The notes: a model not told the origin generated them from the letters alone. A DNA stretch of 64,000 bases from Polyangiales bacterium (GCA_038230375.1 JBBRNJ010000019.1:32001-96000), one strand, 5' to 3'. Positions 48,769 to 58,612 are shown, counted from the stretch's first letter. Made by a program: numbers and translations.

Positions 48769-50021
48769 ACACCACCCGTGCCGTGGCGCATCTGCCACGA
48801 GAGCATGAACACGCGCGCCCACACGAGCACGAGCAGCACCGTCACCGCCAACATCGCAGGCAAGAGCCAACTGGGCCACACGACCTTCGCAGCGGCGCGG
48901 GGGACGTGTTGCTCCATCTGCTCGGCCAGTCCGGGCAGCGCAGTCGCGATCGGTACGCCCTCCGGCGGGATCGACGCCATGGGTCTGCGGACTGGTCCGC
49001 CCGGGGTCGCCACAGCGTCGCGCGCGTTCGCTTCTTCGATCGCAGCGCGGATGCGCGCACGTCGCTCGTTCGAGGTCGTCTGCATGAACGCCTGCGTCGC
49101 GGCAGTCACGTCGTCGAACGACATGGGCCGCGACATGCTCGCCTCCAGGGCGCGCTCCAGCTCCTGCGCGGTCTGGAATCGCTTCTCCGGATCGGGCTGC
49201 AGCGCCCGCTCGAGCACATCGGCGACCCTCGGCGGAAGCTCCGTCGCGCGCGGCGGCGGATCACCAGAGCTGAGCTTGAAGAGCATCGCTGCGTCGTTCG
49301 GTGCGTCGAAGACGAGCCGCCCCGTGAGCGCGGTGTAGACGACGGCACCCACGGCGAAGATGTCCGCGCGCCGATCGAACGGCATCGACATCGCCTGCTC
49401 CGGCGCCATGTATTCGAGCTTGCCCTTCACGAGGCCCGTCATCGTGGCCTGCGCCAGGCGGTTCTTCGCCTTCGCCACACCGAAGTCGATGATCTTCGCG
49501 ACGCCGGTCTCACTCACCAGGATGTTCTGCGGCGACACGTCACGGTGAACGACGTTGAGGCGCCCGCCCGACTCGTCGCGCAGCTCGTGGGCCGCATGCA
49601 GGCCGCGCGCGGTCTGTGCAGCCACGGAGAGGATCACATCGATGGGAAGCGGATGCCCGGCCGCCTTCGCCGCGCGCACGATCTGGTCGAGCGAGTCCCC
49701 CTGGATCCACTCGAAGACCATGAACATCACGCCGTTGTCTTCGCCCAGGTCCTCGATCGTGGCCACGTTGACGTGCCGGATCTGCGAGGCGATGCGTGCC
49801 TCGTCCAGGAACATGGTGCGGAAGTCCTCCTCGTCTGCGCGCTCCGGGAGCATCGTCTTCACTGCAAAAAGCTTCGTGAAACCGTGCTTTCCCGAGACGC
49901 GCGCAAGCCACACCTGCGCCATGCCGCCCTTCGCCCTAGGCGTGAGCAGCTCGTAGCGCGAATCAAGGCGGGTGCCCGGCCGGAGATGGCCCTGGATATT
50001 TTCCCGGTCCAATTCACTCAA
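48765..50021 (-). CDS. Ser/Thr protein kinase with C-terminal TM
   Basis: AKGGMA, FAVK, HRDVSPQN, DFG, GKLEYMAPE. Confidence 0.95.
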   Translation of the reverse strand: MSELDRENIQGHLRPGTRLDSRYELLTPRAKGGMAQVWLARVSGKHGFTKLFAVKTMLPERADEEDFRTMFLDEARIASQIRHVNVATIEDLGEDNGVMFMVFEWIQGDSLDQIVRAAKAAGHPLPIDVILSVAAQTARGLHAAHELRDESGGRLNVVHRDVSPQNILVSETGVAKIIDFGVAKAKNRLAQATMTGLVKGKLEYMAPEQAMSMPFDRRADIFAVGAVVYTALTGRLVFDAPNDAAMLFKLSSGDPPPRATELPPRVADVLERALQPDPEKRFQTAQELERALEASMSRPMSFDDVTAATQAFMQTTSNERRARIRAAIEEANARDAVATPGGPVRRPMASIPPEGVPIATALPGLAEQMEQHVPRAAAKVVWPSWLLPAMLAVTVLLVLVWARVFMLSWQMRHGTGGV

Positions 50022-50079
50022 GTATAGTCGAAGGTCGTTCCACTACGCAGTTTCGCGCAACGAGAGTCAGGAATCCCCT

Positions 50080-51870
50080 ATGGGCGAGCAGACACGGTTC
50101 AGGCAGTTCTCGACCCGATTCCTGATGACGAACCTCAGCGGGGGGCGGCGCTGGAAGAGGGTCGTCCTGGGCTCGCTCTTCGGAGTGATCCTCATCGGTG
50201 GCATCGTTGCGGGCGGCGTTTATGCCCTTGGCGCGAACGACATCGGGCTCCTCCACAAGGACTGGGCCGGACTGCAGTCCTGCATGCTCGGGGCCCCGCT
50301 GAAGGCGGGGGAGCTGCCTGCTGAAAGGGTGAGAGCACTCGAGCTCGCATCGGTGGGCACGGATCCCACGACGCGCCCGAAGAAGGGCTCCGACACCTGG
50401 CCCGCCTCGTGCGCGCCGCAGGCCGCGGCCGTCCAGGCCCACGGAATCGGTGCAGAGCATGGCAAGGAGCTGGTCGCCGCGGCCACCGCGCTCGCCACCG
50501 CGCTCGCCGCGCAGCGAAGCGGGTCAACGGACTTCTCGAAGGCCGTCACCGACACCTGGGCCGCTGCCGCGGCATCCGGACTCAAGGACCCGCCGGGTGA
50601 AGCCGACGCGACCACACCGAAGCCCGTCGACGTTGCCTTCCCGGGATTCGAAGCCAGCAAGCGGATGCTCGGCGCGGAGAATCTCACCACCACGACCATC
50701 TTCGCGCAGCCTGCGACCAGCGGCGTGGTGCGCTTCCTGGTGGATGATCGCTCCATCCCGAGCGGACCCGTGGTGTGCACTGCAGCCGAAGCGGACAGCG
50801 GGCTCGGGTGCACGCGGCTCGGCAGCGACGTGACCGCGCAGACTGGACTGCGTCTTCTCGGAGCCAGCGAGCCTTCCGTGCCGCCGTACGTCTTTGCAGG
50901 AGACCGCGGTGACAGCGGCGTCTTCGGAAGCGACGGCAAGCTTGCGATGAAGGATGTCACCACGTACGGCGCATCGTTCGTGGACGCCAAGAAGGCGCGC
51001 TTGCTCATCCGCCGCGGCGGCGCAAAGAGCCTCTGGATCGTCGAGCAGACAACGGGTGGTGCCGCGGTCGACGTCGCCCAGATGTCGGGCTCGCAGATTG
51101 ACAACCTCAACGACGCCACGCTCGCGTTCGATTCGCTGGTCTGGCTCTCGGGCCTCAAGAACACTCCGCCGTCGCACCTCATGGTTCAAGGTCTTGCGGC
51201 TGCAGCCGGTGCGCCGGTCGACGTTGGCGAGATCCCGGATGCGTCGCTCAACACTGGCGACAAGACGGCGCGCTTCACGGCGTGCCGTGCCGGTGACACC
51301 ACCGCGCTACGTGTGCACGCTGTGAAGGCGGACTACGTGACCGTGCTTGCGCAGGGCAAGTGGGGCGCACCTGCTGCCATTCCGCCTGCGGTCCGTGGAG
51401 GCACGCTCACGTGTCGCAACGGCGAGGCGATGCTCGTGAAGGTCACACATCAGGAGGGCTCTGGTCCGGACCACCCGATGATCGACATCGCGCGCTGCAA
51501 GCCGGGCGCATGCGAGCTCCTCGGCCACGTCAGTCTGTCCGAGATCGTGCATGGCGATCCGGGAGCTCTCCCGTTGACCAAGGAAGCCTCCACCGCCGTC
51601 GCGATCGACGACAAGCTGCTCCTGGTCTGGGCATCTGCGCAGGGCGGCGTGCGCGCGCGCATGGGCGCGGTGGCCGAGCTCGCGACCGCGAAAGACACGA
51701 TCCTCTCCGCAGAGGTGGACAAGCAGACCGGCGCGCCCACCGCGCTCGACGTCTCCGCCATTCCCGCAGCGCGGTTCGCGGTGGTCCTGGTCCGGACCAC
51801 CTCCGGAATTGCGTCGCTCAAGGTGGATACGACCGGCTCGTTCGCGCCCCTCCCTGCGGCGTTCAAATAG
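50080..51870 (+). CDS. Hypothetical membrane-anchored protein with Cys-containing beta-rich ectodomain
   Basis: N-terminal TM (VVLGSLFGVILIGGIVAGGVY) and a long open frame; start uncertain (50080 or 50125). Confidence 0.75.
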   Translation: MGEQTRFRQFSTRFLMTNLSGGRRWKRVVLGSLFGVILIGGIVAGGVYALGANDIGLLHKDWAGLQSCMLGAPLKAGELPAERVRALELASVGTDPTTRPKKGSDTWPASCAPQAAAVQAHGIGAEHGKELVAAATALATALAAQRSGSTDFSKAVTDTWAAAAASGLKDPPGEADATTPKPVDVAFPGFEASKRMLGAENLTTTTIFAQPATSGVVRFLVDDRSIPSGPVVCTAAEADSGLGCTRLGSDVTAQTGLRLLGASEPSVPPYVFAGDRGDSGVFGSDGKLAMKDVTTYGASFVDAKKARLLIRRGGAKSLWIVEQTTGGAAVDVAQMSGSQIDNLNDATLAFDSLVWLSGLKNTPPSHLMVQGLAAAAGAPVDVGEIPDASLNTGDKTARFTACRAGDTTALRVHAVKADYVTVLAQGKWGAPAAIPPAVRGGTLTCRNGEAMLVKVTHQEGSGPDHPMIDIARCKPGACELLGHVSLSEIVHGDPGALPLTKEASTAVAIDDKLLLVWASAQGGVRARMGAVAELATAKDTILSAEVDKQTGAPTALDVSAIPAARFAVVLVRTTSGIASLKVDTTGSFAPLPAAFK

Positions 51871-51993
51871 CAGTCTCGTCTCCAACGACATCGCGCATTG
51901 AGCTCAGCCGACGGTTGGTGTACGCCGGTCTTGCCAAGCGGGGGGCTTCGGCTCTTCTGGTCGCGCGACCCCCGCAGCAACCGGAGAAGCATC

Positions 51994-53112
51994 TTGCGTA
52001 AATACCTCGTCCTCGTCCCGTTCGTCCTCGCGTCCCTTGCTGCCTGCGACGACAAGCCGTCCTCGCCTGCGCCGTCCGCATCCGTGAGCGCCAACGCCGC
52101 CACGATGGCCGCAAGCGCGAGCGCCGCGCCCGTTGTGCCCAAGCTCACGATGACGGAGCTCCAGACGAAGGCGAACAAGGCCTCCATCGAGGCCTGGAAC
52201 AGCCACGACGCGAAGAAGGTCGCTGCGCTGTTCGCTGCGGACGGCGTGCTCAAGGTCCCCGGCATGCCGGATGCGAAGGGCACCGATGCGATCACCACGG
52301 ACGCGCAGATGGTGCTCGCGGGCTTCCCGGACTTCAAGGCCGCATACTCGAACATCGTCACGAAGGGGAATACCCAGGTCCTCGAGTGGACCACCACCGG
52401 CACCAACACCGGCGAGTGGATGGGCCAGAAGGCGACCGGCCGTCCCATGGGCATCAACGGCGTCAGCGTCGTCACGTACAACGACGACGGCCTCATCAAG
52501 GAAGAGCACCGCTACTTTGACGTGCCGACCATCTCCTCGCAGCTCGACGCGAAGGCGAAGGATGGAACGTTCCGCCCCGTCGCGAAGCTTCCGGCCGCCA
52601 CGGAGAACCACGTCGCGAAGGACGACGCGGCAGTGCTCGGCAAGGTCAACGAGATCTACGCGGCGATGGACACCGGCAAGATCGACGCGGTCATGGCGTT
52701 CTACACCGACGACACCACGTTCGACGACTTCAGCAGCCCCGCGACCGCGAAGGGCAAGAAGGCCAACAAGGACTGGCTGAACGGATTGCTCACGGGTTTC
52801 CCCGACGCAAAGCAGATGAACCCAACCCAGGTCGTCGCGGATGGCTGGGTCATCTCTGAAGGCGTCTTCAACGGGACGCACAAGGGAACGTTCGGGCCGC
52901 TCAAGGCGACGAACAAGCCGGTCAGCGTGCACTACGTAGACGTGTGGCAGCTGAAGGACGGCAAGGTCGCCACCGCGCGCACTTACCTGAACAGCCTGGA
53001 GCTGCTCGTCCAGGTCGGCGCGATGCCGGCGCCCGGCGCAAAGCCCATGGCGAGCGGCGCGCCCTCCGGCAGCGCAGCGCCCATGACCGCGCCCAAGGCG
53101 TCAGCGAAGTAG
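51994..53112 (+). CDS. Tandem SnoaL/NTF2-like (ester cyclase) lipoprotein
   Basis: TTG start after GGAG, lipobox LAAC; two repeats AWNSHD...GFPD...GTNTG...ATGR and GFPD...GTHKG...ATNK...KDGKV. Confidence 0.88.
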   Translation: MRKYLVLVPFVLASLAACDDKPSSPAPSASVSANAATMAASASAAPVVPKLTMTELQTKANKASIEAWNSHDAKKVAALFAADGVLKVPGMPDAKGTDAITTDAQMVLAGFPDFKAAYSNIVTKGNTQVLEWTTTGTNTGEWMGQKATGRPMGINGVSVVTYNDDGLIKEEHRYFDVPTISSQLDAKAKDGTFRPVAKLPAATENHVAKDDAAVLGKVNEIYAAMDTGKIDAVMAFYTDDTTFDDFSSPATAKGKKANKDWLNGLLTGFPDAKQMNPTQVVADGWVISEGVFNGTHKGTFGPLKATNKPVSVHYVDVWQLKDGKVATARTYLNSLELLVQVGAMPAPGAKPMASGAPSGSAAPMTAPKASAK

Positions 53113-53115
53113 TCG

Positions 53116-53658
53116 CTACGGCAACGCGGGCTTCGCGTTCACGACACCCACCGGGAAGAGGCGCTCACGGGGCGCCTCGTCGTGACAGTCGGCGCACATG
53201 GTGCCGGGCCCGTCGAACACCAGGCCGCCGCGCGCGCCCACGACCACGTACCGGAAATCACCGTGTGTGGGGGCGTAGCCGGCGGCCCTCTTTTCCATGA
53301 AGTACGTGGGACCAGGGATGGGTGTTGCTGCGCGCTCGGTGTGCTCCACCGCGAACATCGCGCCTTCCGTCGCGGGCACGCCGTTCTGCAGCGCGTCGCA
53401 TCCGAGTTCGTTGCACCATACATCTATATCCCAGCGCCCCGAAGCATGCCCGACGGACAGGACGCGCGCCGGCGTGACCTTCTTCATGGTGGTCTTGAAG
53501 CGCGCGAGCTCAGGGCTCACGGGCGGACCCGCATCCGCACCAGCGTCCGGAGTCTTTGGCGCCACGCGCGGATCCGACGTACCCACGACGCTGTCGGGCT
53601 TCGCTGCGCACGCGGCTGCAACGCTCGCGGTCACGAGCACCGTCACGAGCCCCATCAT
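53116..53658 (-). CDS. Cytochrome P460 / c'-beta family-like monoheme lipoprotein
   Basis: Lipobox-like AAAC; FMEKRAAGYAPTHGDFRY and C-terminal CADCH. Confidence 0.75.
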   Translation of the reverse strand: MMGLVTVLVTASVAAACAAKPDSVVGTSDPRVAPKTPDAGADAGPPVSPELARFKTTMKKVTPARVLSVGHASGRWDIDVWCNELGCDALQNGVPATEGAMFAVEHTERAATPIPGPTYFMEKRAAGYAPTHGDFRYVVVGARGGLVFDGPGTMCADCHDEAPRERLFPVGVVNAKPALP

Positions 53659-53684
53659 CTGGGAGACTGCGCAGGCAGAACGAC

Positions 53685-54815
53685 TCAGAAGAAGGCGCCT
53701 GCTTCGAGGTTCAGGATCCACTGGCGTGAGCCCACGATGCCCGGGTTCTCCTCCGCGGGGTCCGTCAGGTCGATGATGAACTGAGAGCCGAGGTAGATCG
53801 CCTCGTAGCGGTAGTTCAGGCCCACCATGCCGCGGTGGCGGTGGATGCGCACCTTCTGGAAGGTGAAGTTGTTGTTGAAGTCGCCGTTGTTGTCGGCGCC
53901 CGTCGAGAGCTTGTTGCCGCAGACAGGCGTGCCTTTCACCGGGTCTGCGCCCTGGTAGCCGCACTGCGAGAGCGCGTCCACGTTCGGCGTGCCGTCGATG
54001 ATGTTGGAGTCACCGAAGATGAAGAGGCGCTGATAGCCGATATGCGGCGTGAGCTGCGCGCTGTCCGCGATGGGGATCGGCTTCGAGATCTTCACGTCGA
54101 AGGCAGCGGTGGTGAGCAGGTACTTCGAGTTGCCGGTGAGCGTGCGAACGCCACCGCCGACGGATACATCCGGGATGATGCCAGGCGCGCCCTTGCGGAA
54201 GCCTTCGAGCAAGGACCAGTTGATGTCGCCGCCGCCCACCCACATGCTCGTGTTGCCGATGTAGCCGAGTGACGCGGCGAGCTCGAAGCCGAGCGGCAGA
54301 CCCTTGCGCGCCTTGAGCGAGTAGATCTGCAGGAGCCCGTCCGGGCTGTTGTTCACCGTGGAGAACTGGTTCTTGTTCGGGTCGATGGAGCCGCGGGTTC
54401 CCTGGTGCCAGTACTGCACCGAAGTGCCGTCGGCTTCCTTGACCGCCTGGTCAGCGTTGATCTTCGCGTAGCTCGCCTCGAAGCTGAGGGCGAACCCGCC
54501 GACGCCGGTGGTGCGCGCGGGGTAGAACGAGTTCGGTGCGATGGCGAAGCCCATCTCCGAGACCATGTTCCGGAACGACAGGTTGGCCGGTCGGCAGGCG
54601 AGATCATTGGGCTTGAGCCCGGCCTTCACCGCTAGCTCGGGGTTCAGCGCGATGCCCTGACAACTGGTGCCAGCTGGCAGGTTCGGGGGCTGGAGCACGA
54701 GGCGTTCGGGAGTGGGGTCCATGCCACCGCTCGCATGGGCCTGCCGCACGCCGAGCAAGCAGCTGAGCAGGGAGCCGAGAAGCACGGTGGAAGCGAGAAG
54801 GCGAGGCGTGCGCAA
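53685..54815 (-). CDS. Hypothetical outer-membrane beta-barrel protein
   Basis: Signal peptide ...AHA; RKGLPLGFEL, amphipathic strands, C-terminal LEAGAFF. Confidence 0.75.
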   Translation of the reverse strand: MRTPRLLASTVLLGSLLSCLLGVRQAHASGGMDPTPERLVLQPPNLPAGTSCQGIALNPELAVKAGLKPNDLACRPANLSFRNMVSEMGFAIAPNSFYPARTTGVGGFALSFEASYAKINADQAVKEADGTSVQYWHQGTRGSIDPNKNQFSTVNNSPDGLLQIYSLKARKGLPLGFELAASLGYIGNTSMWVGGGDINWSLLEGFRKGAPGIIPDVSVGGGVRTLTGNSKYLLTTAAFDVKISKPIPIADSAQLTPHIGYQRLFIFGDSNIIDGTPNVDALSQCGYQGADPVKGTPVCGNKLSTGADNNGDFNNNFTFQKVRIHRHRGMVGLNYRYEAIYLGSQFIIDLTDPAEENPGIVGSRQWILNLEAGAFF

Positions 54816-54978
54816 AGGGCGAGATCTCCAGGCGCGCGGGGTGCTCGGGCAGGGGGCGAGCCGAGCAAGACGCGTGTCTGGGCGAGGCTACGAGGAGGCC
54901 GGGTTTGGCGTCAAGCCACTCCTGTGACTTGCGCGGAATCGGCTCTGCGTGTGAAGAAGGCGGGCCCAGGGAGAAGCC

Positions 54979-55515
54979 GTGCCGCGAACGACCAACGACA
55001 CCCCCCGCCTTCGCGCCGCGCCGCTCGGCAAACCCTTCCATGTTGTGCTGGTCGAGCCTGAAATACCGCCCAACACGGGTAACGTGGCCCGCCTGTGCGC
55101 GGCCACCGGGTCGCCGCTCCATCTGGTCGGGCGGCTCGGTTTCCGCATCGACGAGCACGCGGTGCGTCGTGCCGGCGTGGACTACTGGCACCTCGTCGAT
55201 GTCCGGCAGCACGTGGATTTTCCGCATTTCGTGCACGCGTTCGAGCAGGCCTCGCCGGGCGGGCGCTTGCACCTCTTCAGCGCGGTGACTGAACGAAGCT
55301 ACCTCTCGTGCGGTCTTGCCCCCGGCGATGCGCTGGTCTTCGGAAAGGAGAGCGTGGGCCTCCCCGACGAGTTGCTTGCACAATACAAGGATTCCCTCGC
55401 GGCGATCCCCACGCTCGGCGCGGTCCGGTCGCTGAATCTTGCGAATGCCGTCGGGATCGTCCTGTTCGAGGCGCTCCGCGGCGCGGGCGCTCTCGATCAT
55501 ACGTTCCTGGGGTAG
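54979..55515 (+). CDS. trmL: tRNA (cytidine/uridine(34)-2'-O)-methyltransferase
   Basis: EPEIPPNTGNVARLCAATG, RRAGVDYW, FGKESVGLP, RSLNLAN. Confidence 0.95.
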   Translation: MPRTTNDTPRLRAAPLGKPFHVVLVEPEIPPNTGNVARLCAATGSPLHLVGRLGFRIDEHAVRRAGVDYWHLVDVRQHVDFPHFVHAFEQASPGGRLHLFSAVTERSYLSCGLAPGDALVFGKESVGLPDELLAQYKDSLAAIPTLGAVRSLNLANAVGIVLFEALRGAGALDHTFLG

Positions 55516-55619
55516 CCGAGGCGAAGGTGTGGTCGCCACGGCACGCTCGCGAAACACAAAACGACGAAGCCAGCGAGACTTGCCCGCTGGCTTCGAACGT
55601 TGCAGGAGTGCTTGCCGGC

Positions 55620-56558
55620 TTACTTGCCGAACTTCTGCCACTTCTTGAACGCGGGGTCGTTCAGCAGCTTGTAGAGCTGCGTGAGGTCCGCCTGGACCTT
55701 CTTCGCCGCCCCACCAGCCGACGGGGCCTTGCCTGTCGCCGCGCCGGGTGAGGTCGAGCCCTTCTCGAGCATCTTGATCAGCTTCTCCAGAAGCTTCGCG
55801 AGCGCGTCTCCGGAGCTGCCACCCGCGGGCTTGCCGCTCGGCTTGCCGCCGCTGCCGCCACTGGGCTTGCCGCCGCCGCTGCCGCCGCTGGGCTTGCCTG
55901 CGCCGCTGCCGCTGCCGCTCGGCTTGCCTGCCTTGCCGGAGCCGGTCTTGCCCGAGGGGTCCTTGGCGTTGCTGTTGGGATCGGGATTCTCGTCCGTGTT
56001 GTCCGGATTCATCTCCTCATCCATCATGTTGGGGTCGTTCTCGTTGAGATCGTCATCCTCGTTGTTCAGGTTGTCGTCCATGTTGTTCATGTTGTCGTCC
56101 ATGCTGTCGACATCGTCCTGACCCGTCTGGGTGTCGGCCGCGCCGCTGCCGTCGCCGCTTCCGCTGCTGCCACCGCTTCCGCCGCTTCCGCCGCTTCCGC
56201 CGCTTCCACCGCCGCTTCCGCCGCCCGTGTTCTGCGTGGCGACGCTGCCGGTGCCGTTGCGATCGGCGATCGCCTGGTTCATCAGTTCTTCCATCCGCGC
56301 GACGGCGCGAGCCTGGATCTTGGCGATCTTCACCAGCCGGTGGCCGGGGGCGACGATCGTCGGGTCGCCGTGGGACACGACCTGCAGCTCATGGCGGAGC
56401 GCGATCGCGTCCACGATCGCCTGCGCCGATGCCGCCTTCAACGGGGCGATCGTCTGTGCCGGATCGCCGGGGGGCGGCTCCGACGAAGAATCACCACCGC
56501 TGCAACCCACCACAACCAAAGCACCAACGAGATAAGCGATCGAGGTAAGGGTTTTCAT
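55620..56558 (-). CDS. Low-complexity lipoprotein (GS, D/N/M-acidic and GKPSG blocks)
   Basis: GGAGG RBS, lipobox VVGC; block-like composition. Confidence 0.8.
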   Translation of the reverse strand: MKTLTSIAYLVGALVVVGCSGGDSSSEPPPGDPAQTIAPLKAASAQAIVDAIALRHELQVVSHGDPTIVAPGHRLVKIAKIQARAVARMEELMNQAIADRNGTGSVATQNTGGGSGGGSGGSGGSGGSGGSSGSGDGSGAADTQTGQDDVDSMDDNMNNMDDNLNNEDDDLNENDPNMMDEEMNPDNTDENPDPNSNAKDPSGKTGSGKAGKPSGSGSGAGKPSGGSGGGKPSGGSGGKPSGKPAGGSSGDALAKLLEKLIKMLEKGSTSPGAATGKAPSAGGAAKKVQADLTQLYKLLNDPAFKKWQKFGK

Positions 56559-56583
56559 GGGGTGACCTCCTGGTCCTCATACT

Positions 56584-56599
56584 CGCAAGACCGTTGCCA
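56584..56599 (-). promoter_or_regulatory. Putative sigma54 (-24/-12) promoter
   Basis: Minus strand TGGCAACGGTCTTGCG = GG-N10-GC, about 25 nt upstream of ATG 56558. Confidence 0.7.
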
Positions 56600-56746
56600 A
56601 CTTCCCTCCGCCTCCGCACACCGGCAAGCCCCTGAAATGTGGCGATGGCGTGCTTGTAGGGAAGACTCCCCTGGAAGTGTACGGAGGATCGAGCCGCGAC
56701 CACCGCACGGATGGCTGTCACGCGCAGGAGACGTCTCGGCGCTGAC

Positions 56747-56796
56747 AAAATGAAAACAGCGCGCTCGTCGAGGAGTTCCTCGAGCGAAACGCGCTG
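56747..56796 (-). terminator. Putative intrinsic terminator
   Basis: Outer stem CAGCGCG/CGCGCTG and inner TCGAGGA/TCCTCGA, followed on the minus strand by TTTTCATTTT. Confidence 0.55.
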
Positions 56797-56858
56797 CGCT
56801 CCGGAGTTCGCCGATCACCGCGTCTGGATCGCGGAATCAGGCTCGGTAGAACCGGTCC

Positions 56859-57044
56859 TCAGCGGTGCCAGGGATGGTCATCGTACGACAGCGCCGACGG
56901 CGACTGCTCCCCACGTGACGTGGACACCGTCATTCGCCCTTGCTCCGGGAAAGTCACGCTGCAGCCTGCGGAGAGCGCCGTCAGGCACGCGAGGATGGCG
57001 AGCGTCACGATGCCGCGGGCTTGGGAGGCGAGGTTGATACGCAT
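56859..57044 (-). CDS. Putative 61-aa lipoprotein
   Basis: Hydrophobic stretch ending in lipobox SAGC; terminator-like hairpin downstream. Confidence 0.5.
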   Translation of the reverse strand: MRINLASQARGIVTLAILACLTALSAGCSVTFPEQGRMTVSTSRGEQSPSALSYDDHPWHR

Positions 57045-57077
57045 ACCGGTACTACTCGAACCGGGCCCGCACCTTCC

Positions 57078-58130
57078 CTAGCGGTCCCGTCGACGGCTCG
57101 CGAGCCGCACGAGCACCAGACCCGCGACAGCCGCGAGGCCCGCGAACAGAGCTGATGGCGACGGTCCCGTCCTGGAAGCCCGGCACCCGCCAATACCGCC
57201 GGGCGCACCAGTGGTGCACTGCGGTTCGGGTTCGCGGTCGACGCAGGGATGCGATCATTCGAGAGCACCGACCTGCGTGAGCGCTCGGGCGCGGACTGCG
57301 TCATAGTCGCTCGTCTGCTTCGCGAAGTCCCACGTGAGGTCTGCGTCGTTCACGTGGAAGAAGGGCGCATTCTGCGGCTCGTACCGACCGTCGCTGACGA
57401 CAAGGAGCGTGATGCCGACGGTGTCGCGCGTGCCGATGCTCGCCATGCGGAGCGGCAACGAGAACGATGCACCAAGCGAGGTGACCCGGATCGGGCGCGT
57501 TGTCTCCACGCCAGAACCAGGGAGCAGCTTCATGGCGAGGAAGTCGAAGCCCTCCTTCACGTACGCATCGATCTTCGGCTTTGCATCGCTCGACACCGGG
57601 AAGTTGTTGTCCGCGAGCCAGCCCTCGAGCGCCGCGGAGTCCGTCGCGTGAAGCTGCACCGTCGCATACGGACCCACCGTCGCTGCGCTCGTGACGACGA
57701 CGTGCCCATCGCCACCGCCCGCGCCCGTGCTGGCGCCAGCGTCCTCGTTCCTGGCGCTGCCCGCCATCTGGTCCTCGGGGCACACGCTCACGGCTGCGCA
57801 TCCGGTGGCCGGCCGCTGGATCTTGGTCGCGGTGAAGCCGTCGAGCGTCGCGAAGAGAGCGTCAGAGCTGAGCGCGACATCGACCTTGCCATGGATAGGA
57901 AGCACCCACCCGAACGACGCTGGGCTGCCGCTGTACTTGATCTCCGAATAGAGCGTGGTCTGTGTCGCTGACACCGACAGGATCATGCGTTCGTCAGTGA
58001 CGTCGGCGGGCGTCTCGGACGGAGGGGGAAAGAAGCCGCCGCATGCGGAGGCCTCGCGGGTCGTGAAGAGGATGGTTCCCAGGGCAGCCGCGAGCGCGGC
58101 GACACGGGCGAGGTTGGTTCGTCTGGACAT
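57078..58130 (-). pseudogene. DUF2330-family exported protein interrupted by TGA (57257-57255) before a MYXO-CTERM-like anchor
   Basis: ASACGGFF, FGWVLP, VGPYATV, FLAMKL, LPLRM. The same frame continues after the TGA as ...GGCRASRTGPSPSALFAGLAAVAGLVLVRLASRRRDR*. Confidence 0.75.
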
Positions 58131-58162
58131 ACTTGCGAATGAGCAACGTCGGGCTCACCCGA

Positions 58163-58189
58163 TTGACAATATATCGTGAAACGATATAT
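58163..58189 (+). promoter_or_regulatory. TTGACA -35 with adjacent palindromic operator ATATATCGT-GAA-ACGATATAT
   Basis: Perfect 9-bp AT-rich inverted repeat (58169-58189), 10 nt upstream of the MarR-family ATG. Confidence 0.8.
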
Positions 58190-58198
58190 GTGCCTCCC

Positions 58199-58612
58199 AT
58201 GACGCTGCAAGTCTCCAGCTCGGACTACCGAGCGCTCGCCGAGATCCGCTACCGCATCCGCTGCTTCCTGAACTTCAGCGAGGCGCGCGCGCGGGAGGTC
58301 GGGCTGGAGCCGCGGCAGCATCAGCTGCTTCTTGCGATCCGCGGTCTGCCCGAGGACGTGGCCCCCACGATCGGACGCATTGCGGAGCGACTTCAGATCC
58401 AGCATCACAGCGCGGTGGAGCTCGTTCGGCGCGCGGTCTCCAACGACCTGGTCGTCAAGCGAGAGAGCGAGCGCGACGCGCGCGAGGTGCTCCTCGAGAT
58501 ACGGCCGAAGGGAGAGCGACTGCTCGAGAAGCTCGCTGTCGGGCATCGCACGGAGCTCAGGTCCATGGCGCCCGTGCTGACCGGCGCGCTGGAAGCGCTG
58601 GTGTCGCGATGA
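58199..58612 (+). CDS. MarR-family transcriptional regulator
   Basis: GLEPRQHQLLLAI, TIGRIAERL, HHSAVELV, DAREV. Confidence 0.92.
   Translation: MTLQVSSSDYRALAEIRYRIRCFLNFSEARAREVGLEPRQHQLLLAIRGLPEDVAPTIGRIAERLQIQHHSAVELVRRAVSNDLVVKRESERDAREVLLEIRPKGERLLEKLAVGHRTELRSMAPVLTGALEALVSR

Noticed and set aside
57240..57260. Selenocysteine recoding of the DUF2330 TGA
   Set aside because: No redox-motif context and only a 4-bp stem (CGCA/TGCG) downstream; not a convincing SECIS.
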